Positions 50,638-60,877 of a DNA stretch of 64,000 nucleotides are shown piece by piece. A program made the translations under genes and the position numbers. Origin of the DNA: a virus (lineage: Duplodnaviria; Heunggongvirae; Uroviricota; Caudoviricetes). The notes under the pieces were generated by a model, which saw nothing but the letters and a program-made list of their open reading frames with translations, was not told the DNA's origin and did no database searches. The stretch covers positions 1 to 64,000 of IMG/VR virus record IMGVR_UViG_3300044557_000292. One strand, written 5' to 3'. The stretch's first letter is position 1, and the number at the start of each line of letters is the position of its first letter.

Positions 50638-51777
50638 ATGAAGATCATTGAGACGGGCAGCACGGTGAGAGTGTTCGGTGACGACCTGGTTGTCCATGAT
50701 CATATACCCGCGGGGTGCTGGGTCGTGAAGAACGCTCCACTCGTTGGCTTCATGCTGGAGAAGGTTGATCAGCCACCAATCCCCAGGGGGAAGATCTACG
50801 GCTCCCACGGCCGGCGTCTGGAGAAGGTCCTGAGGACGTATGATAGAATGGACGCAAGATCGCTCGGAGTCATCCTATCCGGGCCGAAGGGCATTGGTAA
50901 GACCATGTTCTCTAACCTGGCCATCGACCATTGGATCCATGATAGGAAGCAGGCTGTCATCCTCGTGAAGCAGGACATTCCAGGGCTTGCCGACTTCATC
51001 GACTCGATCAAGCAGGAGGTACTCGTCCTATTTGACGAGTTCGAGAAGGTGTTCGAGCTTGACGACGATGACGACGATGATGACGAGGGCAGTAACCCGC
51101 AGAGCACGCTGCTGGGTCTCTTCGACGGGCTGTCCTCACAGAAGAGACTCTACATCTTGACCGTGAATCGTATCAGCGGCCTTTCCACCTATCTTCTTAA
51201 TCGTCCTGGACGATTCCACTATCACTTCAGGTTCAAGGAGCCTGATGCTGATGAGGTTCGTGAGTACATGACAGACCACGCCCCAGGAGCCTCCCCAGTG
51301 GAGATCGATAAGGTCGTCAAGTTCTCCAGTCTCGTACCGCTCTCATTCGACTGCCTGCGCGCGATCGCGTTCGAGATCAGTGATGGAACGCCATTCGAGG
51401 ATGCCATCGCCGATCTGAACATCGTGAATGAAGAATCCGGTCGTCACTATGACGTGGAGGCCATCGACGTTAATGGAGGCATATGGAAGGGAGACTCGCG
51501 TATAGATCTCCTCGACGGGTCGAACGAATTCCAATTCTACATGTACAAGTATGAGAACGTCAGGAAGACTGGATTGCTCAATCATGCTTACGATGATAGT
51601 GGGAGTTACATCATGATCAACGTGGCCGTCAAACGGAATGACTTCAAGGTGGGCGCGGCTGGCGAGCTGACCGCCAGGAATGTGCTCATAACGGAGGGTG
51701 ATGACGGCTTGCAGATACGCAGCCTGAAGGCAACCCCATCTTCGACAAGCGCTAACAGTTATGACTACGTGTTCTAG
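50638..51777 (+). CDS. AAA+ ATPase (phage-type)
   Basis: GVILSGPKGIGKT, LFDEFEK, LLNRPGRFHY. Confidence 0.9.
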   Translation: MKIIETGSTVRVFGDDLVVHDHIPAGCWVVKNAPLVGFMLEKVDQPPIPRGKIYGSHGRRLEKVLRTYDRMDARSLGVILSGPKGIGKTMFSNLAIDHWIHDRKQAVILVKQDIPGLADFIDSIKQEVLVLFDEFEKVFELDDDDDDDDEGSNPQSTLLGLFDGLSSQKRLYILTVNRISGLSTYLLNRPGRFHYHFRFKEPDADEVREYMTDHAPGASPVEIDKVVKFSSLVPLSFDCLRAIAFEISDGTPFEDAIADLNIVNEESGRHYDVEAIDVNGGIWKGDSRIDLLDGSNEFQFYMYKYENVRKTGLLNHAYDDSGSYIMINVAVKRNDFKVGAAGELTARNVLITEGDDGLQIRSLKATPSSTSANSYDYVF

Positions 51778-51818
51778 TAGACCATGATGATCTTAGAAAA
51801 GAACGGGAGGGAAGAACA

Positions 51819-52133
51819 ATGAGATTCGGTAGATTAGGCGGCGACCTGCTCGCTATGACGAGGGAGCAGAACAGGCACGCTGAGGCCATGGCCGACAAGA
51901 CGTTATGGAAGGTCAGTTACGCGCCTTCTGATGGCGTGGATGGAGGCCTCATGATTCCAATACCAAATGACGTGATCGAGAAGCTCGGGTGGTCTACGGG
52001 CGAAAAGATCAATATTGCCGTTAATGGCGACAAGCTCATCTTGACGAAGATGCATCCCAGCCCCGATAATGCGGCCTCCAAGACGCCCCGTGACAGTGAG
52101 GGGCTGAGTGACGGCCCGATTGACGACGCTTGA
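51819..52133 (+). CDS. AbrB/MazE/SpoVT-like DNA-binding protein
   Basis: GLMIPIPNDVIEKLGWSTGEKINIAVNGDKLILTK. Confidence 0.75.
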   Translation: MRFGRLGGDLLAMTREQNRHAEAMADKTLWKVSYAPSDGVDGGLMIPIPNDVIEKLGWSTGEKINIAVNGDKLILTKMHPSPDNAASKTPRDSEGLSDGPIDDA

Positions 52134-52203
52134 TAGGCCCAATCGAAGGATCCTTGATAGGCCCAATCGAAGGATCCTTGATAGGCCCAATCGAAGGATC
52201 CTT
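52129..52203 (+). repeat. Tandem repeat, 3 x 24 bp
   Basis: CTTGATAGGCCCAATCGAAGGATC in three perfect copies. Confidence 0.95.
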
Positions 52204-52272
52204 ACAGCCGGATTCCATGAAGATCGGCCACTAAGCATGGCGAATCTCCCACGGGAGACCGTGTTTTTCAGG

Positions 52273-52334
52273 AAGGGCGTAATAGCAACGCTGGCCGTGT
52301 AACACGGGGAAGCATATCCTAGGATTATAGGGTC
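52273..52334 (+). repeat. Dispersed repeat family B, copy 5
   Basis: Full consensus. Confidence 0.95.
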
Positions 52335-52539
52335 TACGGTGGAAGTTCCGTGCCACGCCGGGCCCAAGGGGTCCCCCGCGTCTACCCCTTGCCCCGATAA
52401 ACCCAAAGACATGTAGACTTGAGGACCTAACCTTGCACTGTCGACTTCTAGTAAGATCTTCGCCCATCGGCGTGTCCCCATGGTAAAGAGTTATACTGAT
52501 CTTGTAATCAAGAAAACCACCACCAGGAATGAGGAAGTC

Positions 52540-52873
52540 ATGGCACTCTACACATTGGACTACAGTGACGTGAAGGAAATCAGTGCCAACTGCAAGGCGT
52601 GCGGTGGAACGATGATTGGCACCAGGCATTATGATCACGTGGCCAAACCGGGCGTCCACGTCTTCACGAGCTACTAGGACTGACATCGCGCGGCTCGACG
52701 AGAACACGAGCGTCCTCACGCGGCTCTGCAGGTATGAGGGGGCTTACTCGAGGACAACCATGAATGGTCTCAATGAATGGTTCGATAGACTCCATGTAGC
52801 CAAGCATCTTTCCATCAACGACGTCCGCAGGGCGAGTTCGAACGGGTTCTCGGACGAGATCATATTCCACTGA
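52540..52873 (+). CDS. Hypothetical protein split by a +1 frameshift at TAG 52675-52677
   Basis: Promoter 52469-52497 and GAGGA RBS; ...HVFTSY continues as RTDIARLD... in the +1 frame; paralogous fragment at 62861-63086. Confidence 0.55.
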
Positions 52874-53037
52874 TGCCTGTGAATAATCATTGAGGACGCT
52901 TTTACTCAAGATGATCTGTTGGCAAGGCCGCCGCTGGAGTGGGTGCTTCAGGGATTGATCAATGCCACGCCGGCCGAGGTCATCCATTACAGCATCTAAC
53001 ACGAATCCAATCGCAACGACAGGAAGGAACCGTCATC

Positions 53038-53346
53038 ATGAAACTTCGAGATATTCAGGAAGCATACAAAAGGGCGAAACAGGCACGGATCGAACTTCTC
53101 CCCATCGTGGAGAGGTATCTTGAAGAGAGTGGCACGATCTCGTTCGAGTCGATCAAGGGGGCGGGAGGATGGCAGAAGCTTCATATCCTCCCGAACGAAC
53201 ATGACATTCAATGGAGTCTTGTTCTGGAAGACGAGCGTGCCGCCGACACAGTTCTGAAACGCGGAACCATCGCCTACGAAGACCTTGAAACCGAGGAGGT
53301 CGTGGAGACCCATATCCGGTTCAAGAAGCTTCGACGGCCTTCCTGA
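53038..53346 (+). CDS. Hypothetical protein
   Basis: MKLRDIQ start with AGGAAGGA RBS. Confidence 0.65.
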   Translation: MKLRDIQEAYKRAKQARIELLPIVERYLEESGTISFESIKGAGGWQKLHILPNEHDIQWSLVLEDERAADTVLKRGTIAYEDLETEEVVETHIRFKKLRRPS

Positions 53347-53560
53347 AAGTCTCCTGAGAATCCACTTGCGTCCGCACGCTCTTTGCCCCTACACTGAAAG
53401 CATCAACCACCTATTACCTGAACATTGACAAGTCTGATCTGGTGGTGCGATGGAGCAGCCGGTCCCTCGAACCCTTGATTGATGGGCTGGGCCACACTGT
53501 CTATCAAGGATCGTCCGCATCTGTGGGTTCATGTCCCGTCAACAAGCCCGTGAGTCACAT

Positions 53561-53647
53561 GATGCGTTCTAACGCCCTGTGGGCCAGGTGAGTAAAAAAA
53601 CACGCGCCATGCAAGGTCGAGCGTCTAAGGTGCCATAGAACACGTCC
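53561..53647 (+). repeat. Dispersed repeat family A, copy 7
   Basis: Consensus match. Confidence 0.9.
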
Positions 53648-54037
53648 TAGGGATATGCGACGCGTCCCCCTCACGTTTTGCTGACATCAGCGCAATGGAT
53701 GCGAGTCTCATAGCCCATGAGCTACAGTACGTCAGACCCCCAAGAGCGGTGAGGATCGTGGTCACACAGCGTCCTGCATGATCTTCCGCATCTTCCCGCG
53801 TTTGGGATGCATCCATGACACGCCCAACCGCTTCCTTGCCTCAGAGATCTTATTGCTGATGGCCTCGTCAACGTCAGAGTGATTCTTCTCAAGACTCCTT
53901 CCAGCGACCGTGATCCTCATGGTCTTCTGACCGGTAGCCCGGCCCCGTAAGCTCGGAATGATTCCATGTCAAGGAGGCCATCAAGTAGTATGACGCTCTG
54001 TTCTATCGGGTTCATGATCTTAATGCTCGAATCATTC

Positions 54038-54976
54038 TCAGGCCTCGTAGTACCCGCGCACGATGCTGCCATACGCGGCGCAGTTGTCCGTGAACGCCTT
54101 CATGTTAGCATCCAGACCCGCCGCCTCGAGCCTATCCTGCTCGTCACGAGCATACGCTGGAGGCATCCCCCACATGGCCTCGGCTATAGCACCAGTCATC
54201 GCGCACTGCGTGTCAGAGTCACCACCGAGCCGGATCGTGTTCACGAGCGTGGTCTGGTAATCAATGCTGGACGGGTCGAGGAACGCGCAGAGAGCTTCGG
54301 GGACGGATCCCTGGCACGTCTCGTCGAACTGGTAGTCCGAGTCAATGATGCTGGCGACACTGCGGTCAAGGTCATAATGACTCCCATCTGGGACGAGGCT
54401 CTTGCTCTTATCGGGTCCAATCATGCTCTTAACCCCGTCATGATTCATGATGGAGTCGAGCTCGTCGTGAATATCACGCTTCGAGTACTTACTCCTCGCG
54501 AGGAATACGGCAAGCGCTATGGCCTGCGCTCCCCTGACGCCATCAGGATGGCCATGCGTTGGAAGCGCGGTCAGGCGGGCCATCTCAAGCACGGTGTCCT
54601 CACTGTCATACAGCCATCCGACTGGGCTCACCCTCATAGCCGACCCGTTACCATACGATCCGTACGGTTCAAGCTCACGGGTGAACGCCCACGCGTAGAA
54701 TCGGGATCCCCATCCAGAATCCTGCCAATTCCTAACCGCCCTAGCGTACTCGACGGCCAGCGTGCTCACGAGGTCGTCATCACTCATCTTGTACGGCGCG
54801 GTAGCCAGAACCCTGCCCGTCACCGTCGTGAGCACACTGTCATCAGTATACTTGTATGCACTGTCCGTCAGGTCATGCTCATATGCCGGTGGCTGAGAAC
54901 ATGCTGACCATCCTGGTCTGCCAGTGAACTCGCTCGGGGCTCCCGCCACGTCACCGAAACACGCTCCATACGTCAT
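54038..54976 (-). CDS. ADP-ribosylglycohydrolase (DraG/ARH family)
   Basis: GD..G...EF, YTDDSVLT, SYGNGSAMRVSP, THGHP, ETCQGSVPEA, GGDSDT..AMTGAIAEA. Confidence 0.93.
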   Translation of the reverse strand: MTYGACFGDVAGAPSEFTGRPGWSACSQPPAYEHDLTDSAYKYTDDSVLTTVTGRVLATAPYKMSDDDLVSTLAVEYARAVRNWQDSGWGSRFYAWAFTRELEPYGSYGNGSAMRVSPVGWLYDSEDTVLEMARLTALPTHGHPDGVRGAQAIALAVFLARSKYSKRDIHDELDSIMNHDGVKSMIGPDKSKSLVPDGSHYDLDRSVASIIDSDYQFDETCQGSVPEALCAFLDPSSIDYQTTLVNTIRLGGDSDTQCAMTGAIAEAMWGMPPAYARDEQDRLEAAGLDANMKAFTDNCAAYGSIVRGYYEA

Positions 54977-55043
54977 TCCTCATCATCCCCATCTTTGTAG
55001 TTAATAGTAATCATTGTCATAGTAATCATTGTCATGATGGATT

Positions 55044-55592
55044 CTACGCCATCCACCACGCCGACCATCCCCTCATGGTGGAATCATTCCATACTGAGAG
55101 CGGGTCCTTGAGCACCTCGTCAATGGCCTTCCACCATTCCAGGGCAGTGCCGGCAGTGTAGACCATGCCCTCACTAACCGGTATCGACCAGATCTTGGAG
55201 TCGGACATGATGAACCTCGATCCGAATGATGCTCTATTCTCATTCAGCCAGTCATCAATGGAGGCATGATCATACAGACCCTGATCGTCAGTGATGCTCA
55301 GGGTTCCCAACGCTACCTCAAGGCCCTGGGACAACCCACTGTGATCATGCTTGTTGAGTACGATCCTCGCCTTGACAGCTTTCACGTCCATGATGGCCGG
55401 GTTATTAGACTCCCTACCAGACTTATAGTCAATGGTAACAGGGTAATAGGATATATGGGCTGTGCTGGCCTCGACCGCGTACACGGCGTCGCACTTGTGC
55501 TTATCATCAAAAATGACTCCATTTGGATTCCTGATCATAGGAGAACAACCTCTTCCAGATTCGCAAGCTTCTGCTTGAACCGTCTTCACCAT
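55044..55592 (-). CDS. Hypothetical protein
   Basis: 182-aa ORF. Confidence 0.55.
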   Translation of the reverse strand: MVKTVQAEACESGRGCSPMIRNPNGVIFDDKHKCDAVYAVEASTAHISYYPVTIDYKSGRESNNPAIMDVKAVKARIVLNKHDHSGLSQGLEVALGTLSITDDQGLYDHASIDDWLNENRASFGSRFIMSDSKIWSIPVSEGMVYTAGTALEWWKAIDEVLKDPLSVWNDSTMRGWSAWWMA

Positions 55593-55956
55593 CTTATCAT
55601 TAGACCATGGGTCATGTCAATTCTAATGACACTCCAACGGCATCCTAAGATCTTTAATCGAGTTGACCCCATCCACTAAGATGCCTTCATGAATGCTCAT
55701 AACCTCATTACCCCCCCTCTACCTGGATGAGACTTGAGTAGATATGATCGTATAGCACGGTAATCATGCAGCCCGTCGTCCTCAATGATCCTCGTGATGG
55801 CTGGGCGTGGGGAGGATGGCAGCGGATACTGAGGGGTCGTTGGCCTCTGGAATGCTCTTATCCCATTCCACTCTAATGTGGTCATAAAAGCTCATGGCCT
55901 TGCATCCTCCAGGAGGCAAGCGCTGTCTGAGGAGCCACCCCTCACGGGTTTGAGGA

Positions 55957-56748
55957 GTGCGTACTGTTGACGGGCTCGCCCGAGCGGGTGCCTCAGGACG
56001 CTCCTTTGGTACCATCCTACCCATGAGCACTAGGGTAAGGCATGGAAGTCATGGCAGACGCGGGTCGCCATGGGTGACCATCGTCACTATCTTCATCATC
56101 ATTGGGTTCACCGCGGGCATGTTCATCGCCGGTTGGACTGCTCATAAGATCTATAGGGGTATGGAACCGAAGCCCACCGTGACCGTCACGAAGACGATCA
56201 GGGAGAAGCCCCTCTCCGAGGACGCGACGCTACGATCATGCGCGGATGAGATCAGGAGGTCTGCCCCCTCCCTGACAGACGCGCTTGTCGCCAGCATCGT
56301 CGGGAACGCCTGGGGGGAATCTAAATGCGACCCTTCCGCGCTAGAAGCGTCTGATTCTACACCAGATCCGCGGGATGACCATGCTGTGAGGGAGTGGGCG
56401 ACTGGTGGTCATGGAGTGGGCGTCATGCAATGGACTGGCGGCAGGGCGTCTAGCCTGTTCTCGTATGCTGACTCGAAGGGTGGGGATTGGAAGAAGCTAG
56501 ACGTGCAGGTGGAATTCCTCATGACCGAGCTGGGCTCATCCTCATCATGGAGGACGCCGATCGGAAGCACTGGGAGGGTGACGGCTGATGGCACCACGGG
56601 CGAGCAGGAATGGAAGCAGGCTACCGACGTGAAGACAGCGTCTGACGCGCTACTCCTAGGGTTCGTGAGGCCGGCTGACCCGGGTCAGAGCGAGCGCGTC
56701 AGGCTCAAAGCTGCGCTCGCAGCCTACGAGTACCTGCAGGAGCACTAG
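55957..56748 (+). CDS. Membrane-anchored phage-tail-type lysozyme (start likely near 56023)
   Basis: TM, then IVGNAWGES..DP...E, G.GVMQWTGGR...L, LDVQVEFL..EL, F.RP. Confidence 0.8.
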   Translation: MRTVDGLARAGASGRSFGTILPMSTRVRHGSHGRRGSPWVTIVTIFIIIGFTAGMFIAGWTAHKIYRGMEPKPTVTVTKTIREKPLSEDATLRSCADEIRRSAPSLTDALVASIVGNAWGESKCDPSALEASDSTPDPRDDHAVREWATGGHGVGVMQWTGGRASSLFSYADSKGGDWKKLDVQVEFLMTELGSSSSWRTPIGSTGRVTADGTTGEQEWKQATDVKTASDALLLGFVRPADPGQSERVRLKAALAAYEYLQEH

Positions 56749-57303
56749 TGACCACAGGATCACTCGTCCTTCAACATGGAGTCGTCCCGAGCAATGGATT
56801 GAGATTCCCTTGGCTCTGTTAGACCAAGATTGACCTTTTCAAACATGAAGTTGCGGATATAGTTCAGCCGCCGGCAACCCATGCCCTAGTGATACCGTCC
56901 TCCAGTGTCTCACCGGTGACACGAACCATATGATCGTGGTGTCTTATGTTCTTCCAGCGCCTAAGCTTATAGATTCATATAAGGAAACTCGTCTTGTTGA
57001 CCTTGCTAACGCCACGTTCAAGCGTGATTTCACCTTGGAGAAGATAGATTCAACGCATTATGATCTTGTCATGTCTAGTCTTGCGGATATCCAAGGAAAA
57101 TAGCTCATTCACATAAGGATGCTGACGAAGGCGATGTCGATTCGACTGACGTGATCGGCGCTGGCGGATGATGCCGCGGAGATCGATGTGCTCGGAGTGG
57201 ACGTGGTGAACCGGTAGCATCGTCGGCGCGTCGCGGGGCCGCGCGTGTTACCATGTAACCATACCGAGTAATAGGGCGAAACGGTTATGAACATGGAAGA
57301 GGA

Positions 57304-57705
57304 TTGAACGTGAGAAGTTTGGACGAGTTGGCACAGTATGAGAGCAAATGCTTTGATGGACGTGATGTCCGTCGACTGGCGGTGTTCCTTCCCGCCGACA
57401 AGTTGTCTGAACTCGGGTTGAAACTGGTGGACGATGGGTCGACGTGGGAGCAGGTTCCGCTGACGCGGGAGAACGTGCTTGAGCGCTTCCACGAGGATTT
57501 TGATTTCGGTGTCGAGAAAGCCGCTGGCGAGCGTGGCATCAGCGCTTCCCTTATGGCGGTCGTGATGGAGATGTGGGTCTGGGTGCTCGGCGATTCGTTG
57601 GACAGCGAGGCCGGTGACTCGCCGTACAGCATCGACACGTATGAGGAGGTCGCTGCTAAATACGGTTTCCAAATGAAATGCGACCTTGAGAACCTTCGAG
57701 TATGA
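57304..57705 (+). CDS. Hypothetical protein
   Basis: 133 aa, GAGGA RBS, promoter-like motif at 57225-57254. Confidence 0.65.
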   Translation: MNVRSLDELAQYESKCFDGRDVRRLAVFLPADKLSELGLKLVDDGSTWEQVPLTRENVLERFHEDFDFGVEKAAGERGISASLMAVVMEMWVWVLGDSLDSEAGDSPYSIDTYEEVAAKYGFQMKCDLENLRV

Positions 57706-57833
57706 GAACAGCATCGGCAGGAAAAGCAGAAAGGTTATAACATGAAAACCACGTTGGCTGCGCGCGCCATCGCCGCGTCCGTCATCTCCCTCGTGAACAG
57801 TGATGATCGTCCATCAGGAAAGAATGGTCCGGC

Positions 57834-58763
57834 ATGACGGTAACCCCGGAACATGGCCGTGACCGACTGGGAAGCCGTGGCAGGCACACGGCGCACATGA
57901 CGACGGCACGTATCACGGCGAAGCCGAACCGACGTCACGGTGGTTCGCGGCACGCTGGAAGGAACCGATCGGTCATGCCAGCGTTCATGTCGACCATCAT
58001 CCCGGGTAGGGCGACACATCATCACGGCGAGCACGCGCAAGCGCTCGCGCTCGCAGCCGGGTCGCCGGCGATTCCCGGGAACGCACGGCGTGCTCATCAT
58101 CGTCATGCCGTGGCAATGCGGGTGACGCCGGCTACCGCCGGCGATCGCGATCATCGGCCACTCGCATGGGTCATCGCCAGCATCATGCTCGCGCCCGCGT
58201 TCGTGCTCGCGGGCCACTCCGCCGTGGCGAGTCATGTGGAAACGGACAAGGGCAGCGTGGTGCGCTCCGCGCGGTCGTTCACGGTGTCACGCGACGAGTA
58301 CCGGGTGGCACCGTGGAGTCTTGGCGATTCCTCCGCCATCGACCCCGATAGGCTGACCCGCGAGGTCGGACCGTTGGAGCGTACGCCGGCCGGGTTCGAC
58401 CCGAATCATGACACCGGTGACACCGGTAATGCGTACCCGTGGTCACAGTGTACGTGGTGGGCCTACGTTCGTCGTCATCAGCTTCACCTTCCGGTGGGCT
58501 CGTACCTCGGCAATGGCGAGGACTGGGCCGCCAGCGCACGCCGGCTGGGGTATTGGGTGGATGGCACGCCACGATCGACGGGTGACGTCATGGTGTTCGC
58601 GGCCGGGCAGGATGGTTCCAGCGTGGATTACGGTCATGTGGCCATAGTCGAGAAGATTAACGATGACGGTACCGTGCTGATCAGCGAGTGCGGTTCGGTG
58701 TACCAGGGCGTGGCGCATTACCGGACGTTAAGCCCGGCGAATCACTCGTTCATTCACCTGTAG
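57834..58763 (+). CDS. CHAP-domain amidase/peptidoglycan hydrolase
   Basis: GNAYPWSQCTWWAY.RR, GNG.DWA, YGHVAIVEKIN.DG.VLISE; GC-richer than the flanks. Confidence 0.92.
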   Translation: MTVTPEHGRDRLGSRGRHTAHMTTARITAKPNRRHGGSRHAGRNRSVMPAFMSTIIPGRATHHHGEHAQALALAAGSPAIPGNARRAHHRHAVAMRVTPATAGDRDHRPLAWVIASIMLAPAFVLAGHSAVASHVETDKGSVVRSARSFTVSRDEYRVAPWSLGDSSAIDPDRLTREVGPLERTPAGFDPNHDTGDTGNAYPWSQCTWWAYVRRHQLHLPVGSYLGNGEDWAASARRLGYWVDGTPRSTGDVMVFAAGQDGSSVDYGHVAIVEKINDDGTVLISECGSVYQGVAHYRTLSPANHSFIHL

Positions 58764-59263
58764 GGTCCGGTGTCCTCGACTGTGGCTTCCAGCGCCGCCT
58801 GGCGCTTGTCGACGATGACGTGGATGACCTCCCGCTCCTCGTCGTAATTCACGTCCGTGGCGAATCGCAGGTCGGGGACCTTCCCGGTGCTCTCTAACCA
58901 TGTTTTGACGTTCTCCGGAGTGACATCGCAACGGTAGGTCAACGAGCTGCTGACGTGGTACCACGAGTCGGAGATCGATGGCCGGTAACGCCAATCATGC
59001 CCCGGCCCCTGCTCATCGAACTGCTGGAGCGAGTCGAAGAGTTCGGCCCATGGCACCACGTCGGGTCGGTCATCCGGGTGCTGGTCGGCGGCGTAATCAC
59101 GACCGCTGGTATACCCGATGGCATCAAAGTCCAGTGATGAGAAAATCAATTGATCCCTGTCGAACGTCCACTTGCGTCCACGGTACCGCGCCACGTCGAC
59201 GCCGTAGAAGTCCACGACCTCGCTTGGTATCAGCTGGTGACCCAGCATGATGTCGTTCGCCAT
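58754..59263 (-). CDS. Hypothetical protein
   Basis: 169-aa ORF converging on the CHAP gene. Confidence 0.65.
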   Translation of the reverse strand: MANDIMLGHQLIPSEVVDFYGVDVARYRGRKWTFDRDQLIFSSLDFDAIGYTSGRDYAADQHPDDRPDVVPWAELFDSLQQFDEQGPGHDWRYRPSISDSWYHVSSSLTYRCDVTPENVKTWLESTGKVPDLRFATDVNYDEEREVIHVIVDKRQAALEATVEDTGPYR

Positions 59264-59681
59264 GTCGATGCCCAGTGGCGAGGCGTCATAACAGAGCCTT
59301 CCCTTAACCCATCCCGATAAGACTCCGTATCGCTATCAGTGTTCACTAATAAGCATTCCAGGATCATGATCCTTGAACGGACGATGCGCTTGTAAGCACG
59401 CACGTTATGATTAGAGGCAAGGATCAGGTAGCCCCCTACCATCAACGAGACCAATCACTCGCCGCGTCTTGAGGGAGGGATCCCTCCCATCATCAAGAGC
59501 ATCTAGGATGCCGTCACTGTACTCAGTGCCGACGGGGACGCTGGAGGGGCCCGACGTCCCCGTACCTTCCACGCCCGGCCTGGATCTTAGTAGACTTAAC
59601 GAAATAGCCGGGGGTCGACGCTCCCTTATTCCTAGAAGGATTATGGTTTATGGAATCAGAAGCAGGATAGGCCACACTGAT

Positions 59682-59735
59682 AGACGCATTCTAACGTACC
59701 TTAAGCGCACGACGCCCAGGCGCGTGTTTTTTCAC
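59682..59735 (-). repeat. Dispersed repeat family A, partial inverted copy 8
   Basis: Reverse complement GTGAAAAAACACGCGCC...TAAGGTACGTTAGAATGCGTCT (3' half only). Confidence 0.7.
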
Positions 59736-59982
59736 ATGCTAATACCTCAAGACTCTCTAGCCGCGCATAGATTAAGTCTGAGGGCATATGGAGTCGCTTT
59801 CACGCCCTGAACGTGGCAATAGAGCATTTGTCCAGGAAGCCGCCGACAAACGGCAGTAGGGGACCGGGTGGCATCCCCTACACGTGATCACGACATGCCA
59901 ACAGTCTATCACCCCCAATAATGTTATCATGGAATCGTAAGTCGTAAGCAGGACAGCCTGAGCTGTAGGAAAGGTAATCATC

Positions 59983-60264
59983 ATGAGCGAGACAGCAACT
60001 GGTAGGGAAGCCCAGAAGACCATCAGGGTAGTCAACGTATGGTATAACGACTCGGGAGACGTGAAGATCATCCTCCTCGCCCCGGTTGACCCGTCCAGGA
60101 AGCTCAATGTTGATCTCTTCTGGTACAGCGGCAATCACCGCCCCAAGTGGAATCGTGGTGATGAGCTCACTGATGGGAACGTCCTCTCCACCAAGTGCTA
60201 TAAACAGCGGAAGTTCACGTCTATCGACCAGGACATCCCGAATGATTGTTACATGGCCTTCTGA
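59983..60264 (+). CDS. Small hypothetical protein
   Basis: 93 aa, with GTTATCATGGAATCGT promoter-like box and AGGAAAGG RBS. Confidence 0.65.
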   Translation: MSETATGREAQKTIRVVNVWYNDSGDVKIILLAPVDPSRKLNVDLFWYSGNHRPKWNRGDELTDGNVLSTKCYKQRKFTSIDQDIPNDCYMAF

Positions 60265-60877
60265 GACCAGTGCTCACCAACACGATACGGCAGGACGATA
60301 ATCAGACGCTATAATCGACCCATCACGGGTCACTTGGCTGTAGCTCTTGTAGGACTGGACGCGGGTACCACGTGGGACCCGCTATTGGGTCTTACTTCTA
60401 GTACGCGTGGTGTCCTTGCTGGCAGTATGAATGCAGTCGTCCACATTCCTGAGTGGTGGGGGCGGCATGGTCTTTAACAACACGATCGGGGTACGTGCCA
60501 CTGATCTCCATGATGTCCTTATAGGGAACGGGAGATGCATCCTCGAAGCCCGATCATGTCGATCTATGAGGGCCGTATGGACCCACCCGACCCCGGGTGG
60601 CCCACCCATGCTGCCGGCGTGGGCGTTTTCCGCCGGATCGGCAGATTGTTCGCTCACCGCGCCTGCTGAGCGCTCCCATGCGTACGTCTGCGTGCCCGCC
60701 GCGGGCGCTAGCGACCGTGATCGGGTGCTCATGATGATGGTTCGCACGATTCCGGCGATTCCGATGAAGCAGGATGATGCCGGTGACGATGTAAGAGTTA
60801 CGGCGGGCTGCGGCGCGCTGACGTTCGATAGCGGCACGGCCGTGGTGGTATCGAACGTATTCATGATGAAGTGCTCC

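Noticed and set aside
55004-55035. Short duplications (ATAGTAATCATTGTC x2; also TTGTGTACAA x2 at about 62191 and TAGTAAAGAAT x2 at about 41418)
   Set aside because: Two-copy slippage-type repeats with no further pattern.
56750-57105. Possible minus-strand gene remnant
   Set aside because: Broken by stops and no family is recognisable.
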